Source of the DNA: a bacterium
GTDB lineage: Bacteria > SAR324 > NAC60-12
Assembly (NCBI GenBank): GCA_965205865.1
Contig: CBDBHR010000026.1
Coordinates: 32,001 to 96,000 of the forward strand
DNA: 64,000 bases
Direction of reading: 5' to 3'
Numbering within the stretch: the stretch's first letter is position 1; every line of letters begins with the position of its first letter. Below, piece after piece: positions 1 to 10,272 of the stretch. The translations under genes and the position numbers were made by a program. A model generated the notes under the pieces. It worked only from the letters and a program-made list of their open reading frames with translations, was not told the origin of the DNA and did not search any database.

Positions 1-16
1 CGGCTCTGCCAGAAAC

Positions 17-179
17 GTGCACGTGTTCGTAATCGTGCTCGTGCACGTGCTCGATAGAAACGTTCCCGATTCCCTTGAGATGGGGATTCCGAATAGAAGA
101 GACGGCAGGGAATCCAGGATTCTCTGGGATGCCGTTTCGTTCACGAGCACGAGCACGGCTCACGAGTACGATCACGAGC
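17..179. repeat. Imperfect inverted repeat of CGTGCTCG/CGAGCACG units (REP-like)
   Basis: ttcgtaatcgtgctcgtgcacgtgctcg (26-53) is an imperfect reverse complement of cgagcacggctcacgagtacgatcacgag (~150-178). Confidence 0.6.
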
Positions 180-286
180 CGCCCCTTCCAGGGGCCCATC
201 AAAACCACCTTCTGAGAAGGTGGATTCTTTACTTGATTATAATTGAGCATGAGTTGAAAATAGTCTTCTAATTTTTTTTCAGAAGT

Positions 287-303
287 GCGGGCGTCTCGCC
301 CGC
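287..303. repeat. Short GC-rich palindrome (REP-like)
   Basis: gcgggcg-tct-cgcccgc, a perfect 7-bp stem in an intergenic position. Confidence 0.5.
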
Positions 304-354
304 GGAACAGGGGCCATTCCGGTCCTTAGCATTTTATTTCCGGAGTACTGAATG

Positions 355-693
355 ATGGCGATCGATTGGGCTTATCTTCGTAAAAATTGACTCTCTTGTA
401 AGCGAGCGCAAGAGGTTCTTGATGCCAAGCATATTCAAATCAAAAAAATCACAGATGCCAGGAAAGAACGCTTTGACGAAAAAACCACATGGGAACTCCT
501 TGATGCTGCAGATCAAATCACGGTTGCAAAAGGGAAAAAAATCTTCTCTTTTGATCCTCGAGCCGATGATAAAAGCACCATCCTGAAGCATGTGATGGGG
601 CCGAACGGCAACTTGAGGGCTCCGGCGTTTCGCATACAAAACGAATTCATTGTTGGCTTCCATCCCGAATTGTATGCTGAAAAGATCCCATGA
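355..693 (+). CDS. ArsC-like thioredoxin-fold (seleno)protein; UGA at 388-390 probably read as Sec
   Basis: Manual translation: MAIDWAYLRKN-U-LSCKRAQEVL...MGPNGNLRAPAFRIQNEFIVGF...KIP*. It has a UxxC motif and an ArsC-like LRAP/VGF C-terminus. GGAG at 342-345 is a plausible RBS, and a hairpin follows the UGA. The ORF track missed it. Confidence 0.8.
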
Positions 694-1288
694 GTCAATC
701 CCCTCTTTCCCCGAAGCAATTTTTGTGGACCGGGATGGCGTACTCAATGATGAACCTGGACCGGTTGTCTTCCCGGAACAATTCCATCCCATTCCCCGCA
801 GTTTGGATGCAATCCACCAAATCAATCGCTGGGGACGACTTTGTATCGTGGTGACTAATCAAGCGGCTTTTGCCAAAGGACTGTTGACGGAAGCAATTTT
901 CGCGCAGATTGGATTGAAATTGAAAAATGTTTTGGCCGCCAAGCAAGCTCATATCGACGATCTCTTCTTTTGCCCCCATTTTCCACAGTGGCAGGAAGGC
1001 TACGTTCGTGAACTTTGTCATCCCTGCCAGTGCCGCAAACCCGGAACCCTTTTATTTGAACAAGCCAGTCATAAGTACCGTTTGGACCTTGAAAACACTG
1101 TGTTTATTGGAGACAAGACCTCTGATTTTGAAGTAGCAAGGCGCTTGAGTATGTTTTCTATCGGGGTCCGCACCGGCCATGGCGGGCAGGATGGTCAATA
1201 CGATTGCGCACCCCTTTGTTGGGCCGATGATCTTTTGGACGCTGTCCATCTATTGAAACGCATCGAATCTCCTCAAAATTTACTTTGA
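674..1288 (+). CDS. gmhB: HAD-IIIA phosphatase, D-glycero-manno-heptose-1,7-bisphosphate phosphatase-like
   Basis: FVDRDGVLN, VVTNQ, CPH...CxCRKP and FIGDK motifs. Start uncertain (674, or ATG 690 with a 1-nt indel). Confidence 0.75.
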   Translation: MLKRSHESIPSFPEAIFVDRDGVLNDEPGPVVFPEQFHPIPRSLDAIHQINRWGRLCIVVTNQAAFAKGLLTEAIFAQIGLKLKNVLAAKQAHIDDLFFCPHFPQWQEGYVRELCHPCQCRKPGTLLFEQASHKYRLDLENTVFIGDKTSDFEVARRLSMFSIGVRTGHGGQDGQYDCAPLCWADDLLDAVHLLKRIESPQNLL

Positions 1289-4200
1289 TTGACGGCAGTG
1301 TCTCATCTTTCACCACCTTAGACCTTGATCAACTGATGGCAGAAATTCATTTCTATGCGAGCAATAACCAGCAAACATTGATAGAAGCATTGGCCGACGT
1401 TGTCAGGCAGCCCATGCAAAATCCTTTGCAGCCTGAACATATCCTGGTGCAACATCAAGGAATGATGCGTTGGATCTCATTACAGCTCGCAAATAGAAAT
1501 AATATTGAAGCCAATACTCGTTATCTATTTCCTCATGAATTGCTCAATCTGGTATTTTCCCAGCTGGATGTCAAAAACAAATCTTCCAAAATGATCGAGG
1601 ATGATCATTTGGTTTGGATACTATTAGAGAAATTGTTGGAGCACAAAGACGACCCGTCCTTTGAGCCAATTGGCGAATACCTGAAAGACAATAACCCCCT
1701 TCGTATTTGGCAGTTGGCCAAACAAACTGCTTATTTATTCAATCAATACATGTGTTTTCGCCCCGAAATGATCCTCCGCTGGGAAAAGCCCCCCTCCCCC
1801 GGCCCCTTCCTCGAGGGAAGGGGAGAAATGTTCCGCTGGCAGCAGGCGTTATGGAATAGCATTCCTCGCCCAATCCGCAGTCGACACAAGCCTTATCGGT
1901 GGCAAACCGTCTTCAAGCAAGTAGAGCAGTTGTGCCCGGAAAACCATACTTTGCCGCAACGGCTTTCGGTTTTCGGCATTTCTTCGCTGACTCCACTTCA
2001 TGTAGAGGTTCTGAAAACACTGAAGCCTTTTGTAGAAATCCACTTTTTCTTTCTCATGCCCAGTCCTCATTTTACCTCTTACCAAGTGTCGGGTGAAAGA
2101 AATGGAATTATGGAAGAGCAGCAATTTTTCGCGGAGCTCTGCCAATACGGCCGGGATTTTATCCAACTCCTGCAAGAGCGGAAACTTCTCACCCGGCAGC
2201 ACGGGTCTGCTCTTTCAGACAAAAAGTTGTTTGTCGAACCTACTGAAAATTCGCTACTGGCTGAGCTGAAAAAAGATATGCTTTACCGGGGGATGCAGGT
2301 GGAAAGTAACGGGAGGGTTTCCTCCCGATCGATTAAACAACACCCTGGCATGAAGAGGACTATTCCCCATGAAGACCGCTCGTTACAAATTCATGCCTGT
2401 CACAGTCGAATGCGGGAAGTGGAAGTGTTACACGACCAGTTGCTACTCCTTCTGGACCAGAATCCGGATCTGACACCAGATGATATTTTGGTGATGACTC
2501 CTGAAATTGATGAATATGCTCCTTTAGTTCATGCGGTTCTTTCTGCAACTGTGAAAGGAAAACGATCCGGCGAAGCAGTGTTCCCTTATTCCATTACAGA
2601 CCAGCGTTTCGGGCAGTCTAGTCAAGTCATTTCATATCTTCTTCGTCTGTTACGCATGCCCGCTAGCCGTTTTACCGTGAATGAAGTTTTGGACCTTCTG
2701 GAATGCGAAGCGATGCGGGCACGTTTTGAACTTGTCCCTACCGATATTGCTCAATTGCGCCAATGGATGAAAAAAGCCAATGTACGCTGGGGAATTGATG
2801 CGTCTTTCCGCAACCAGCTTGAAACGCCAGCTACCCACGAAAACACCTGGCAATTCGGCATCGATCGCATCTTGCTCGGCTATGCAATGCCCGGAGAGTT
2901 CACGCCCAATCGATCGAAAAGAGGCGTGGGAGACGGCGAAACTCTTTTTGCGGGAATTCTGCCTTTTGATGACATTGAAGGCGAGTCTGCCTTGATGTTT
3001 GGCCGGTTCCTGGATTTTTTTGAAAAATTAAAAACGCTTGTGGGTCGTACCGAACTGGCTCTATGTCGTGAGCGGACATTGCTACAATGGGCTGTTTTTA
3101 TTGAAAAACTCCTTGAAGATTTTTTTGACGATAGAGAAGCATGGGACGCTGAGTGGCACTTCTTGCAAAAATTTATTGAGAATTTAAGAGAGACTGCTGA
3201 AATATGTGGAGTGACTTTGCAAGTTGAAGTGGAAATTCTGACAAAACATCTGGAAGCGGAGTTGGAACGGAAATTGAGGGGTAAAGGATTTCTTGGTTAC
3301 GGCACGACGTTTTGTTCGCTACAGCCAATGCGCAGCATCCCTTTCAAAGTCATTGCCTTGCTGGGAATGAATGATAAAGCCTTTCCACGGGTGAAACCAC
3401 CCTTGAGCTATGATTTGATGGCGGAAAACAGGCGTCTTGGTGACCATCGCATGAAGGAAGAAGACGGATTTTTGTTTCTGGAAACCCTCCTCTGTTGCCA
3501 GAAGTTTCTTTATGTCAGCTATCTCGGCTTTGCCAACCGGGACAATGCCATGCTGCCACCTTCCTCCTTTGTCCGTGAATTGACGCATTATCTGAAACAA
3601 ATTTATGGTTTGCCGGAGGATCGTTTTCTCACCTGCCATTCCCTGCAAGCCTTTGCTCCTCGATATTTTCAAGCAGAAAACGATTTGTTCAGTTATTCTC
3701 AGCTCAACTGGAATGCGGCCCGGCAACTGATCCTGAGCAATGCCAGTACGGACTGGCGAGAAAAGAGAGTTGTCTTCGACATTCAACTGCCGGAAATCGA
3801 AACTTCCTGCCTGGAGATCGACCTGGAAGAACTGCTGAGCTTTTTCAATGCGCCTGCGCAATATCTCCTCCAACGAAGAATGGGCAGCGACTTGGGAGGG
3901 AAAGAAGAATTTTTTGAAGATTGCGAACCTTTTGCAATGGATCCCCTCAATAAATATGCGGTTCAAAGCCGGCAACTGGAAACTATTTTAAATAACCGGA
4001 ACAGCAATGATTTATGGAGAATTATTCGTGCCCAGGGCGACCTTCCCCTTAGCAATGCGGGCGATCGAAGTTGGCAGATTATGGAAGAAGAATCCCTGAA
4101 ATTGGCTCAGCCTGTACGTGAATTTTTACAAGCGGAACCCCTGGAACCTTTTGAATATGATTTTCAACTTCACGGATTTCATTTGAAGGGGACCATTGAG

Positions 4201-4728
4201 AATATTTTTTCACGAGGACTGATCCGTTTTCGCCCTGCCAGCATCAAAATAAAAGATCGTCTGAGGGTTTGGCTGGAACAATTGATATTACGCCATTGTT
4301 CTGCGCAGCGTCCATCTCACGCGCTGCTAGTGGGAAAAAATGCTGACAGGAACAAATTGCCGGAATTAATCACCAGTCTGAAAATCGATACTCCCAAACG
4401 ATTTCTGGAAGACTTGCTGGCATGCTACGAAGCGGGATTAAAACGTCCCTTCGCTTTTTTCCCGGAAACCGCCCATGAGTATATGAAAGCATGGATTGAG
4501 GGAAAAACAGAAATGGCACGGGAAAAAGCTCGTTTAAAATGGTATGGCCGGGATGCCTTCCCGGGAGAAATGGCACGCAATCCATATTTCAAACGCTGTT
4601 TTTCACAGCTGGAATTGATTGATGAGACTGAATTCGAAAGAAATACCGTAAAGATTCTGAATCCGGTTTTTTCTCACCAGAAAGAGGGTACCCACCAAGT
4701 AGATTCAACAATACCGGGAGAAGAATGA
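1285..4728 (+). CDS. recC: Exodeoxyribonuclease V gamma subunit
   Basis: HACHSRMREVEVLHDQLL, DILVMTP and LQPMRSIPFKVIALLGMN motifs; coupled to recB by an ATGA overlap. Likely start is ATG 1336. Confidence 0.95.
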   Translation: MIDGSVSSFTTLDLDQLMAEIHFYASNNQQTLIEALADVVRQPMQNPLQPEHILVQHQGMMRWISLQLANRNNIEANTRYLFPHELLNLVFSQLDVKNKSSKMIEDDHLVWILLEKLLEHKDDPSFEPIGEYLKDNNPLRIWQLAKQTAYLFNQYMCFRPEMILRWEKPPSPGPFLEGRGEMFRWQQALWNSIPRPIRSRHKPYRWQTVFKQVEQLCPENHTLPQRLSVFGISSLTPLHVEVLKTLKPFVEIHFFFLMPSPHFTSYQVSGERNGIMEEQQFFAELCQYGRDFIQLLQERKLLTRQHGSALSDKKLFVEPTENSLLAELKKDMLYRGMQVESNGRVSSRSIKQHPGMKRTIPHEDRSLQIHACHSRMREVEVLHDQLLLLLDQNPDLTPDDILVMTPEIDEYAPLVHAVLSATVKGKRSGEAVFPYSITDQRFGQSSQVISYLLRLLRMPASRFTVNEVLDLLECEAMRARFELVPTDIAQLRQWMKKANVRWGIDASFRNQLETPATHENTWQFGIDRILLGYAMPGEFTPNRSKRGVGDGETLFAGILPFDDIEGESALMFGRFLDFFEKLKTLVGRTELALCRERTLLQWAVFIEKLLEDFFDDREAWDAEWHFLQKFIENLRETAEICGVTLQVEVEILTKHLEAELERKLRGKGFLGYGTTFCSLQPMRSIPFKVIALLGMNDKAFPRVKPPLSYDLMAENRRLGDHRMKEEDGFLFLETLLCCQKFLYVSYLGFANRDNAMLPPSSFVRELTHYLKQIYGLPEDRFLTCHSLQAFAPRYFQAENDLFSYSQLNWNAARQLILSNASTDWREKRVVFDIQLPEIETSCLEIDLEELLSFFNAPAQYLLQRRMGSDLGGKEEFFEDCEPFAMDPLNKYAVQSRQLETILNNRNSNDLWRIIRAQGDLPLSNAGDRSWQIMEEESLKLAQPVREFLQAEPLEPFEYDFQLHGFHLKGTIENIFSRGLIRFRPASIKIKDRLRVWLEQLILRHCSAQRPSHALLVGKNADRNKLPELITSLKIDTPKRFLEDLLACYEAGLKRPFAFFPETAHEYMKAWIEGKTEMAREKARLKWYGRDAFPGEMARNPYFKRCFSQLELIDETEFERNTVKILNPVFSHQKEGTHQVDSTIPGEE
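1789..1826. repeat. REP-like palindrome in frame within recC
   Basis: ccccctcccccggccccttcc-tcgag-ggaagggg; same pattern as the intergenic element at 37841-37937. Confidence 0.5.
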
Positions 4729-7700
4729 TACGCGACGAGTTTGATTTGACTGCCTGTCCCTTGGATGGCTCGAGTCTGATCGAGGCCAGCGCCGGTACCG
4801 GAAAGACCTATGCAATCGTCGGTATCTATCTTCGCCTCTTGATGGAAAAATCAATCCCGGTCGAAAAAATCCTGGTGGTGACTTTCACTGAAGCCGCCAC
4901 TGCAGAATTAAAGGTGCGCATCACCGGCTCCATCCAGCAATTGCTTTCCGTACTGCAAACCGGGAAAACAGAGGAACCTCTGTTTAAATATTTTCTGGAG
5001 CAGCAACAAGACGGCTCGGGAGAACGGCAAAATTCGGCGATGCGCAGACTACGGCGAGCCCTGTTCTCGTTTGATGAAGCGCCCATCCTGACGATTCACG
5101 GTTTCTGTCATAAAATGCTGTCCGACTTCACTTTTGAAACCAACTCTACTTTTGATGCGAAACTGCTCGGCAATCAGGAAGCATTGATTGCTGAATCAAC
5201 CCAGGATTATTGGCGTGGGCAGGTTTATTCCACCTGCCAGGACTACAGCCGGGTATTCCTCGAATTTTTTGAAAATCCCGTTGATTTGAGCAAGGAATTC
5301 AAAAAAATCATTTCCCGCCCCCGACTTCGGCTACATCCACAAATCGAGAAACGCCCGCATTCCATATTAGAACGCGTCTATCGTCTTTTTCAACGTCTGC
5401 AGGGTTACTGGAACAGCCAGGAAGAATCCCTGTCCCGTTGGATCTCAGAAAACAAAATCTGGCGTAGCGATCTTCAACAAAAATATTTCAAACAAACCCG
5501 GCAATATTTAGAGAACGACGATCCCTTCACCAGCAGTGCCGGGTTAGCAAAGTTGACATCCACCGAGATTCGGAAAAAGTACGCGGGAGACACTCCCCTT
5601 CCTGAATTTTTTGAACAATGTGACACTTTCTATCGTTTGAAAAATTCCATGAGATCCGCAATTTTAGTGGATTATTTCCAATGTGTAAAAACCCGCTTGA
5701 GAGAGAAAAAGCGTCTCTTGAACGTATACTCCTTCGATGATTTATTGCAGGATTTCCACGCAGCCTTGCAAGGAGAGCAGGGTCAGGCGCTTGCGCATCG
5801 AGTGCGTCGGCGAATCACAGTCGCTTTAATTGATGAATTTCAGGACACCGACCCCATCCAATACGAAATTTTCTCCATCCTGTTCAAGCAGGGAAATCTC
5901 TTTATGATTGGCGACCCGAAGCAGGCTATCTACAGCTTTCGTGGAGCGGACGTCTTTGCGTACCTGCAAGCAAAACAAGAAGCGCAACGGCAATTCACCT
6001 TGTTGACCAATTGGCGCTCGCACCCCAGATTGGTGGAAGCCATTGGTCATCTTTTTTCTGCGGTGGAGCATCCCTTCGTACAGGAAACAATTCCTTGGTT
6101 CGCCTCTCGAGGCGCGTCTCAAAATGAGGATTGCTCGTTGTATTTTGAGGGGAAACCCGTCGTCCCTATGCGGGTATGGTACCTTCAAGCGGAAAAGGCG
6201 GTGAAAGTCTCGGATGCCCGGCAGAGGATCACTGATGCCACGGTTGCGGAGATCATTCGCTTACTGGACTCAGGCGCAATAAAACGCGCCCCCTCTCTCC
6301 AGGGGAAGGAAATTCCTGAAGCAATGATGCGGACAAAACAACAGTGTCAATCGCTTAATTTGGCGGACATTGCCGTCCTGGTACGCACCCATCGCGAGGC
6401 GGAACAAGTGCGGGATGCCCTCTCGCAGAAAAATATTCCCAGTATCCTGAAAACCCAGGTCAGCATTTTTCAAACCGACGAATATCAGGAAATCCTGACC
6501 ATCGCCCACGCCATTGCCGAATTCCATAATACCTCACTCGTCAAGGGAGCGCTGCTCACCGATATCATGGGATATTCAGGCGGCAGAGTCGCTCGCAATG
6601 TTGCCGGGAGTTCCCACGCGATCGATTCAACCATACCATGGGATGAAAAATTTTGGGACCGAATCGCAAACCGGATGGCGGATTATCATGAACAATGGAA
6701 ACGCGAGGGATTTTACCCGATGATGAGGTTGTTTCTCAGCAAAGAAGAAGTTCATAAAAACCTGTTGGTTCTGCACAATGGAGAACGGAGGTTGACTAAC
6801 GTCTTGCATGTCATCGAATTGTTGCATCAGGCAGAAAGCGAGGGACAATGGAGCATGAGAAGTCTGTTGCTCCGGGCGCATGAGATGGAGCAAGGTACTG
6901 CCGAGTCAGGTGAAGAAAACCTCATCCGCCTGGAAACGGACGCGGATGCCTTAAAAATTCTGACGGTCCATTCCTGCAAAGGGTTGGAGTTTCCAATTGT
7001 CTTTTGCCCGTTTTCCTGGGGAAGTCGGAGGATGGATGATATTTTTTTTCATGATGATACAGGCCGATTGGTTTGGGATTTGGAAAAAGAGGAACTCCAC
7101 CGAAAAAAATGCCAGGAAGAATCTCTGGCCGAGGATATCCGTCTGCTCTATGTCGCATTGACGCGGGCCAAGTACTGTTGCTACCTTGCCTGGGGTCATA
7201 TCAATCATTCCAAACTCTCCCCTTTGACCCATCTTTTTGGAGAGGGAAATGCCTGGGATTCACTGAAAAAACTGGAAAGCAAATCGCGGGGTACCGTGGC
7301 CGTGTTGCAGCTTCCGGAAGGCGATAGTAGCACAGTCCGTGCGGAAAACTATCATGCAACGGAACTCGACGGCCAATCATTGCAATTTGAAATATTCAAG
7401 CAGTCCTTGAAGCAGCATTGGCAAGTCACCAGTTTCAGCGCGCTTTCCACCCGCCTGCGAAATTCGCCTTTCCGGATGATGGAGACAGGACAAGACCATG
7501 ATCAGCAAGAGACCTTAACCAGCGGCGCAGACGAATCGTTGCTTGAAGACGAACTTTTGAAGGATGAATCCATGGCTTTGAGCCTATTGCGCTTTCCAGC
7601 AGGCGCCAAGACGGGGAAATGCCTCCATGAACTGTTGGAAGAGCTTGATTTTCAAGAACAGGATGAAAAAATAATCAAACAGAAAGTGGAAGAAAAATTG

Positions 7701-8372
7701 GTGAAGTACCAGTTTGATTTGAAATGGAAGGACGTTGTTTTTCAAATGACCCGTGATGTCCTTCAAAAAAAAATTCCGCTTTCCCCCGAGGCATTCAACC
7801 GCCCACGGAGCAACTCGACTTTCCAAGCCTATTTCAGGCTGGCGGATCTTAAAAAACAGGACATTGTCAAGGAAATGCCCTTTTATTTTCCCATTGAATC
7901 GATCAGTGAGGAACATCTCATGACCGTCCTTTCCAACTGCCATCGATCGGAAAGCCAGCAGGCGTTGATACGTACGCTCCAACTATTGCAATTCAAAACG
8001 TTGCCAGGTTATATGAGAGGATTTCTGGATTTGGTGTTTTGTTACGAAGGACGCTACTTCATTCTCGATTGGAAATCGAATCTCCTGGGTTATCAGCGGA
8101 AGGATTATGCCTCGCACCTGCTGAAAGGCGAAGTGGAAAAGCATTTCTATGTCCTGCAGTATTACATTTATGCCGTTGCTCTGCATCGCTACTTGAAGCG
8201 TCGTCTGCCCGGTTATCGGTTCACTCGCCATTTTGGTGGCGTCTATTATTTCTTTCTGCGAGGAATTCAAGCCAACTCCGAAGATCTATTCGGCATTTAC
8301 CATGACCCTTTGTCGGATTCGGTGGAGGTGATCGAAGAATTGGATGCGGCATTTCAAGGTGAGCAACAATGA
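4725..8372 (+). CDS. recB: Exodeoxyribonuclease V beta subunit
   Basis: IEASAGTGKT, LIDEFQDTD, IGDPKQAIYSFRGAD, LYVALTRA and the nuclease motif GFLDLVF...ILDWKSN. Confidence 0.96.
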   Translation: MIRDEFDLTACPLDGSSLIEASAGTGKTYAIVGIYLRLLMEKSIPVEKILVVTFTEAATAELKVRITGSIQQLLSVLQTGKTEEPLFKYFLEQQQDGSGERQNSAMRRLRRALFSFDEAPILTIHGFCHKMLSDFTFETNSTFDAKLLGNQEALIAESTQDYWRGQVYSTCQDYSRVFLEFFENPVDLSKEFKKIISRPRLRLHPQIEKRPHSILERVYRLFQRLQGYWNSQEESLSRWISENKIWRSDLQQKYFKQTRQYLENDDPFTSSAGLAKLTSTEIRKKYAGDTPLPEFFEQCDTFYRLKNSMRSAILVDYFQCVKTRLREKKRLLNVYSFDDLLQDFHAALQGEQGQALAHRVRRRITVALIDEFQDTDPIQYEIFSILFKQGNLFMIGDPKQAIYSFRGADVFAYLQAKQEAQRQFTLLTNWRSHPRLVEAIGHLFSAVEHPFVQETIPWFASRGASQNEDCSLYFEGKPVVPMRVWYLQAEKAVKVSDARQRITDATVAEIIRLLDSGAIKRAPSLQGKEIPEAMMRTKQQCQSLNLADIAVLVRTHREAEQVRDALSQKNIPSILKTQVSIFQTDEYQEILTIAHAIAEFHNTSLVKGALLTDIMGYSGGRVARNVAGSSHAIDSTIPWDEKFWDRIANRMADYHEQWKREGFYPMMRLFLSKEEVHKNLLVLHNGERRLTNVLHVIELLHQAESEGQWSMRSLLLRAHEMEQGTAESGEENLIRLETDADALKILTVHSCKGLEFPIVFCPFSWGSRRMDDIFFHDDTGRLVWDLEKEELHRKKCQEESLAEDIRLLYVALTRAKYCCYLAWGHINHSKLSPLTHLFGEGNAWDSLKKLESKSRGTVAVLQLPEGDSSTVRAENYHATELDGQSLQFEIFKQSLKQHWQVTSFSALSTRLRNSPFRMMETGQDHDQQETLTSGADESLLEDELLKDESMALSLLRFPAGAKTGKCLHELLEELDFQEQDEKIIKQKVEEKLVKYQFDLKWKDVVFQMTRDVLQKKIPLSPEAFNRPRSNSTFQAYFRLADLKKQDIVKEMPFYFPIESISEEHLMTVLSNCHRSESQQALIRTLQLLQFKTLPGYMRGFLDLVFCYEGRYFILDWKSNLLGYQRKDYASHLLKGEVEKHFYVLQYYIYAVALHRYLKRRLPGYRFTRHFGGVYYFFLRGIQANSEDLFGIYHDPLSDSVEVIEELDAAFQGEQQ

Positions 8373-10175
8373 GTCTTTCAGGGGGTAACGAGATGACGAA
8401 AGAGGCAGTTCGAGAAATGAAGATCAAGCATTTCAGTTCCCTGGAGCAGCATTTTGCCCGGAAAATGCTCCAACTTGCCGAGCAAGAATCTCCGGAACTC
8501 GAATTGGCCAGCGCCCTTCTCTGCCGTCAAGCTTCCCGGGGACACGTTTGTCTGGACTTGGAACAATTTATTGAGAACAAAGACGAAGCACTGCAAGATT
8601 TTCAAATCCCCTCCCGAGAAGAGTGGACTCGGATTCTGCAAAAAATGGCGGTGGTTGGCTCCCCAGGCGCAGCAACACCTTTGATCCTCGAGGAGCACGA
8701 AGGGCAGAAGTCTCCTTTATTTGAATCGTTACTGGCAATACGAAAATCGGCTCGTTACTCAACTGCTGGGACGTTTCCGGGAACCGCTTTTTTGGGACGA
8801 ATCCCTGTTGCAGGCAGGATTGGCGCAACTCTTCCCTCAATCTGCGGGGGAAGAAGATTTGCAGCGTAAAGCAACGGAAATGGCGTTGAGGAAGCGGTTC
8901 TGTATCATTTCCGGAGGACCGGGGACTGGCAAAACCACCATCGTGATTAAAATTCTGGCCTTGCTGGTCCAACAGGATGCCGGTATGAGGATTGCCATTG
9001 TTGCTCCAACGGGTAAGGCGGCAGCACGCCTTCAGGATTCCGTTTTGCGAGGAAAAGACGAGTTGACCGGTATCGGATTGCTCAGCAAGGAAGAAAGCGC
9101 TTTGCTCCCTGCGGAAGCCTCCACGATCCATCGCTTGCTGGGTTCTCGTAAAAATTCAGTCTATTTTCACCACGACCACTTGCGTCCGCTTCCTCTGGAT
9201 TGTTTGGTGGTCGATGAAGCGTCCATGGTGGATTTGGCATTGATGAGCAAGTTGGTAGATGCTCTGCCGCTTCAGGCGCGCCTGATCCTGGTGGGAGATC
9301 AGAACCAGTTGACTGCTGTGGAAGCAGGATCGGTTCTGACGGACCTTTGTGAGGAGTTTCCCGGAAAGCCTCAGAGGCTTCGTGAGAGCATCCTGCATTT
9401 GCAAAAAAGCCATCGCTTTGATGAACAAAAAGGGATTGGGCGCCTCAGCCGCGAGATCAATCGGGTAAACGTGAATGCAGCCTGGAATCTTCTCCGGCAA
9501 GATCAACAAGAACTAAAATGTCGTCGCCTGCCATCGCCTTCCTTACTCCATCAGCGTCTCAGGGAGGAAGTGCTCCCCGCTTTCCGAGCTTATTTGTCGT
9601 TTCAAAAAGAGTCCCTGGAAAACTTGTTTGACGTTTTTCGCTCCTTCATGGTTCTATCTCCCCTGCAACGGGGCCCATACGGGTCTCAGTCCCTCAATCG
9701 CATATTGGAAGCGTTTCTGAGAGAAGAAAAATGTATTAGCGAAGACAGTGATTGGTATCCCGGACGTCCATTGATGATCCTACGCAACGACTACGACCTG
9801 CAACTGTATAACGGAGACATCGGGATTGTCTGGCAAGATCCCGGCCAAAGTCAGCGCATGGTTTACTTTGAAAAGGAAAAGGGTGGATCGAGTCGTGGAT
9901 TTCGTGCCGTTGCCCCGGCTCGATTACCGGAACATGAAACGGTGTTTGCCATGACAGTGCACAAAAGTCAGGGTTCTGAATTCGACAAGATCCTGCTTAT
10001 TTTGCCGGATTCTGAAAATGAAATCCTCACTCGAGAGTTGCTCTATACGGGAATCACCCGCGCGCGGAATTCTTTAACTTTGTGGACGGAAGAAGCGGTG
10101 TTCAAAAAAACTGCTCAGAAACGATCTAAACGCAGCTCCGGACTGCAAGAAAAACTGCGCCAAGCAATATCGTAG
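8369..10175 (+). CDS. recD: Exodeoxyribonuclease V alpha subunit, with a 1-nt frameshift near 8700
   Basis: The N-terminus (GHVCLDL) lies in ORF 8369-8869. LYLNRYWQYE, GGPGTGKT, VVDEASMVD and AMTVHKSQGSEF lie in ORF 8721-10175. Confidence 0.9.
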
Positions 10176-10272
10176 CATCACAATTGAGTACGGTGGGGGC
10201 GGATATACTGTGTTATTGGAAAAAATTTGGACAAATCAAAAAAGATGCTCTTTAGCAAATCCGTCTAAAAGA

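Noticed and set aside
334-825. 163-aa minus-strand ORF
   Set aside because: Antisense shadow of the ArsC-like and gmhB genes; no motif.
4690-6648. Similar DSTIP peptides at the recC end and inside recB
   Set aside because: Short and imperfect; cannot be distinguished from chance by eye.
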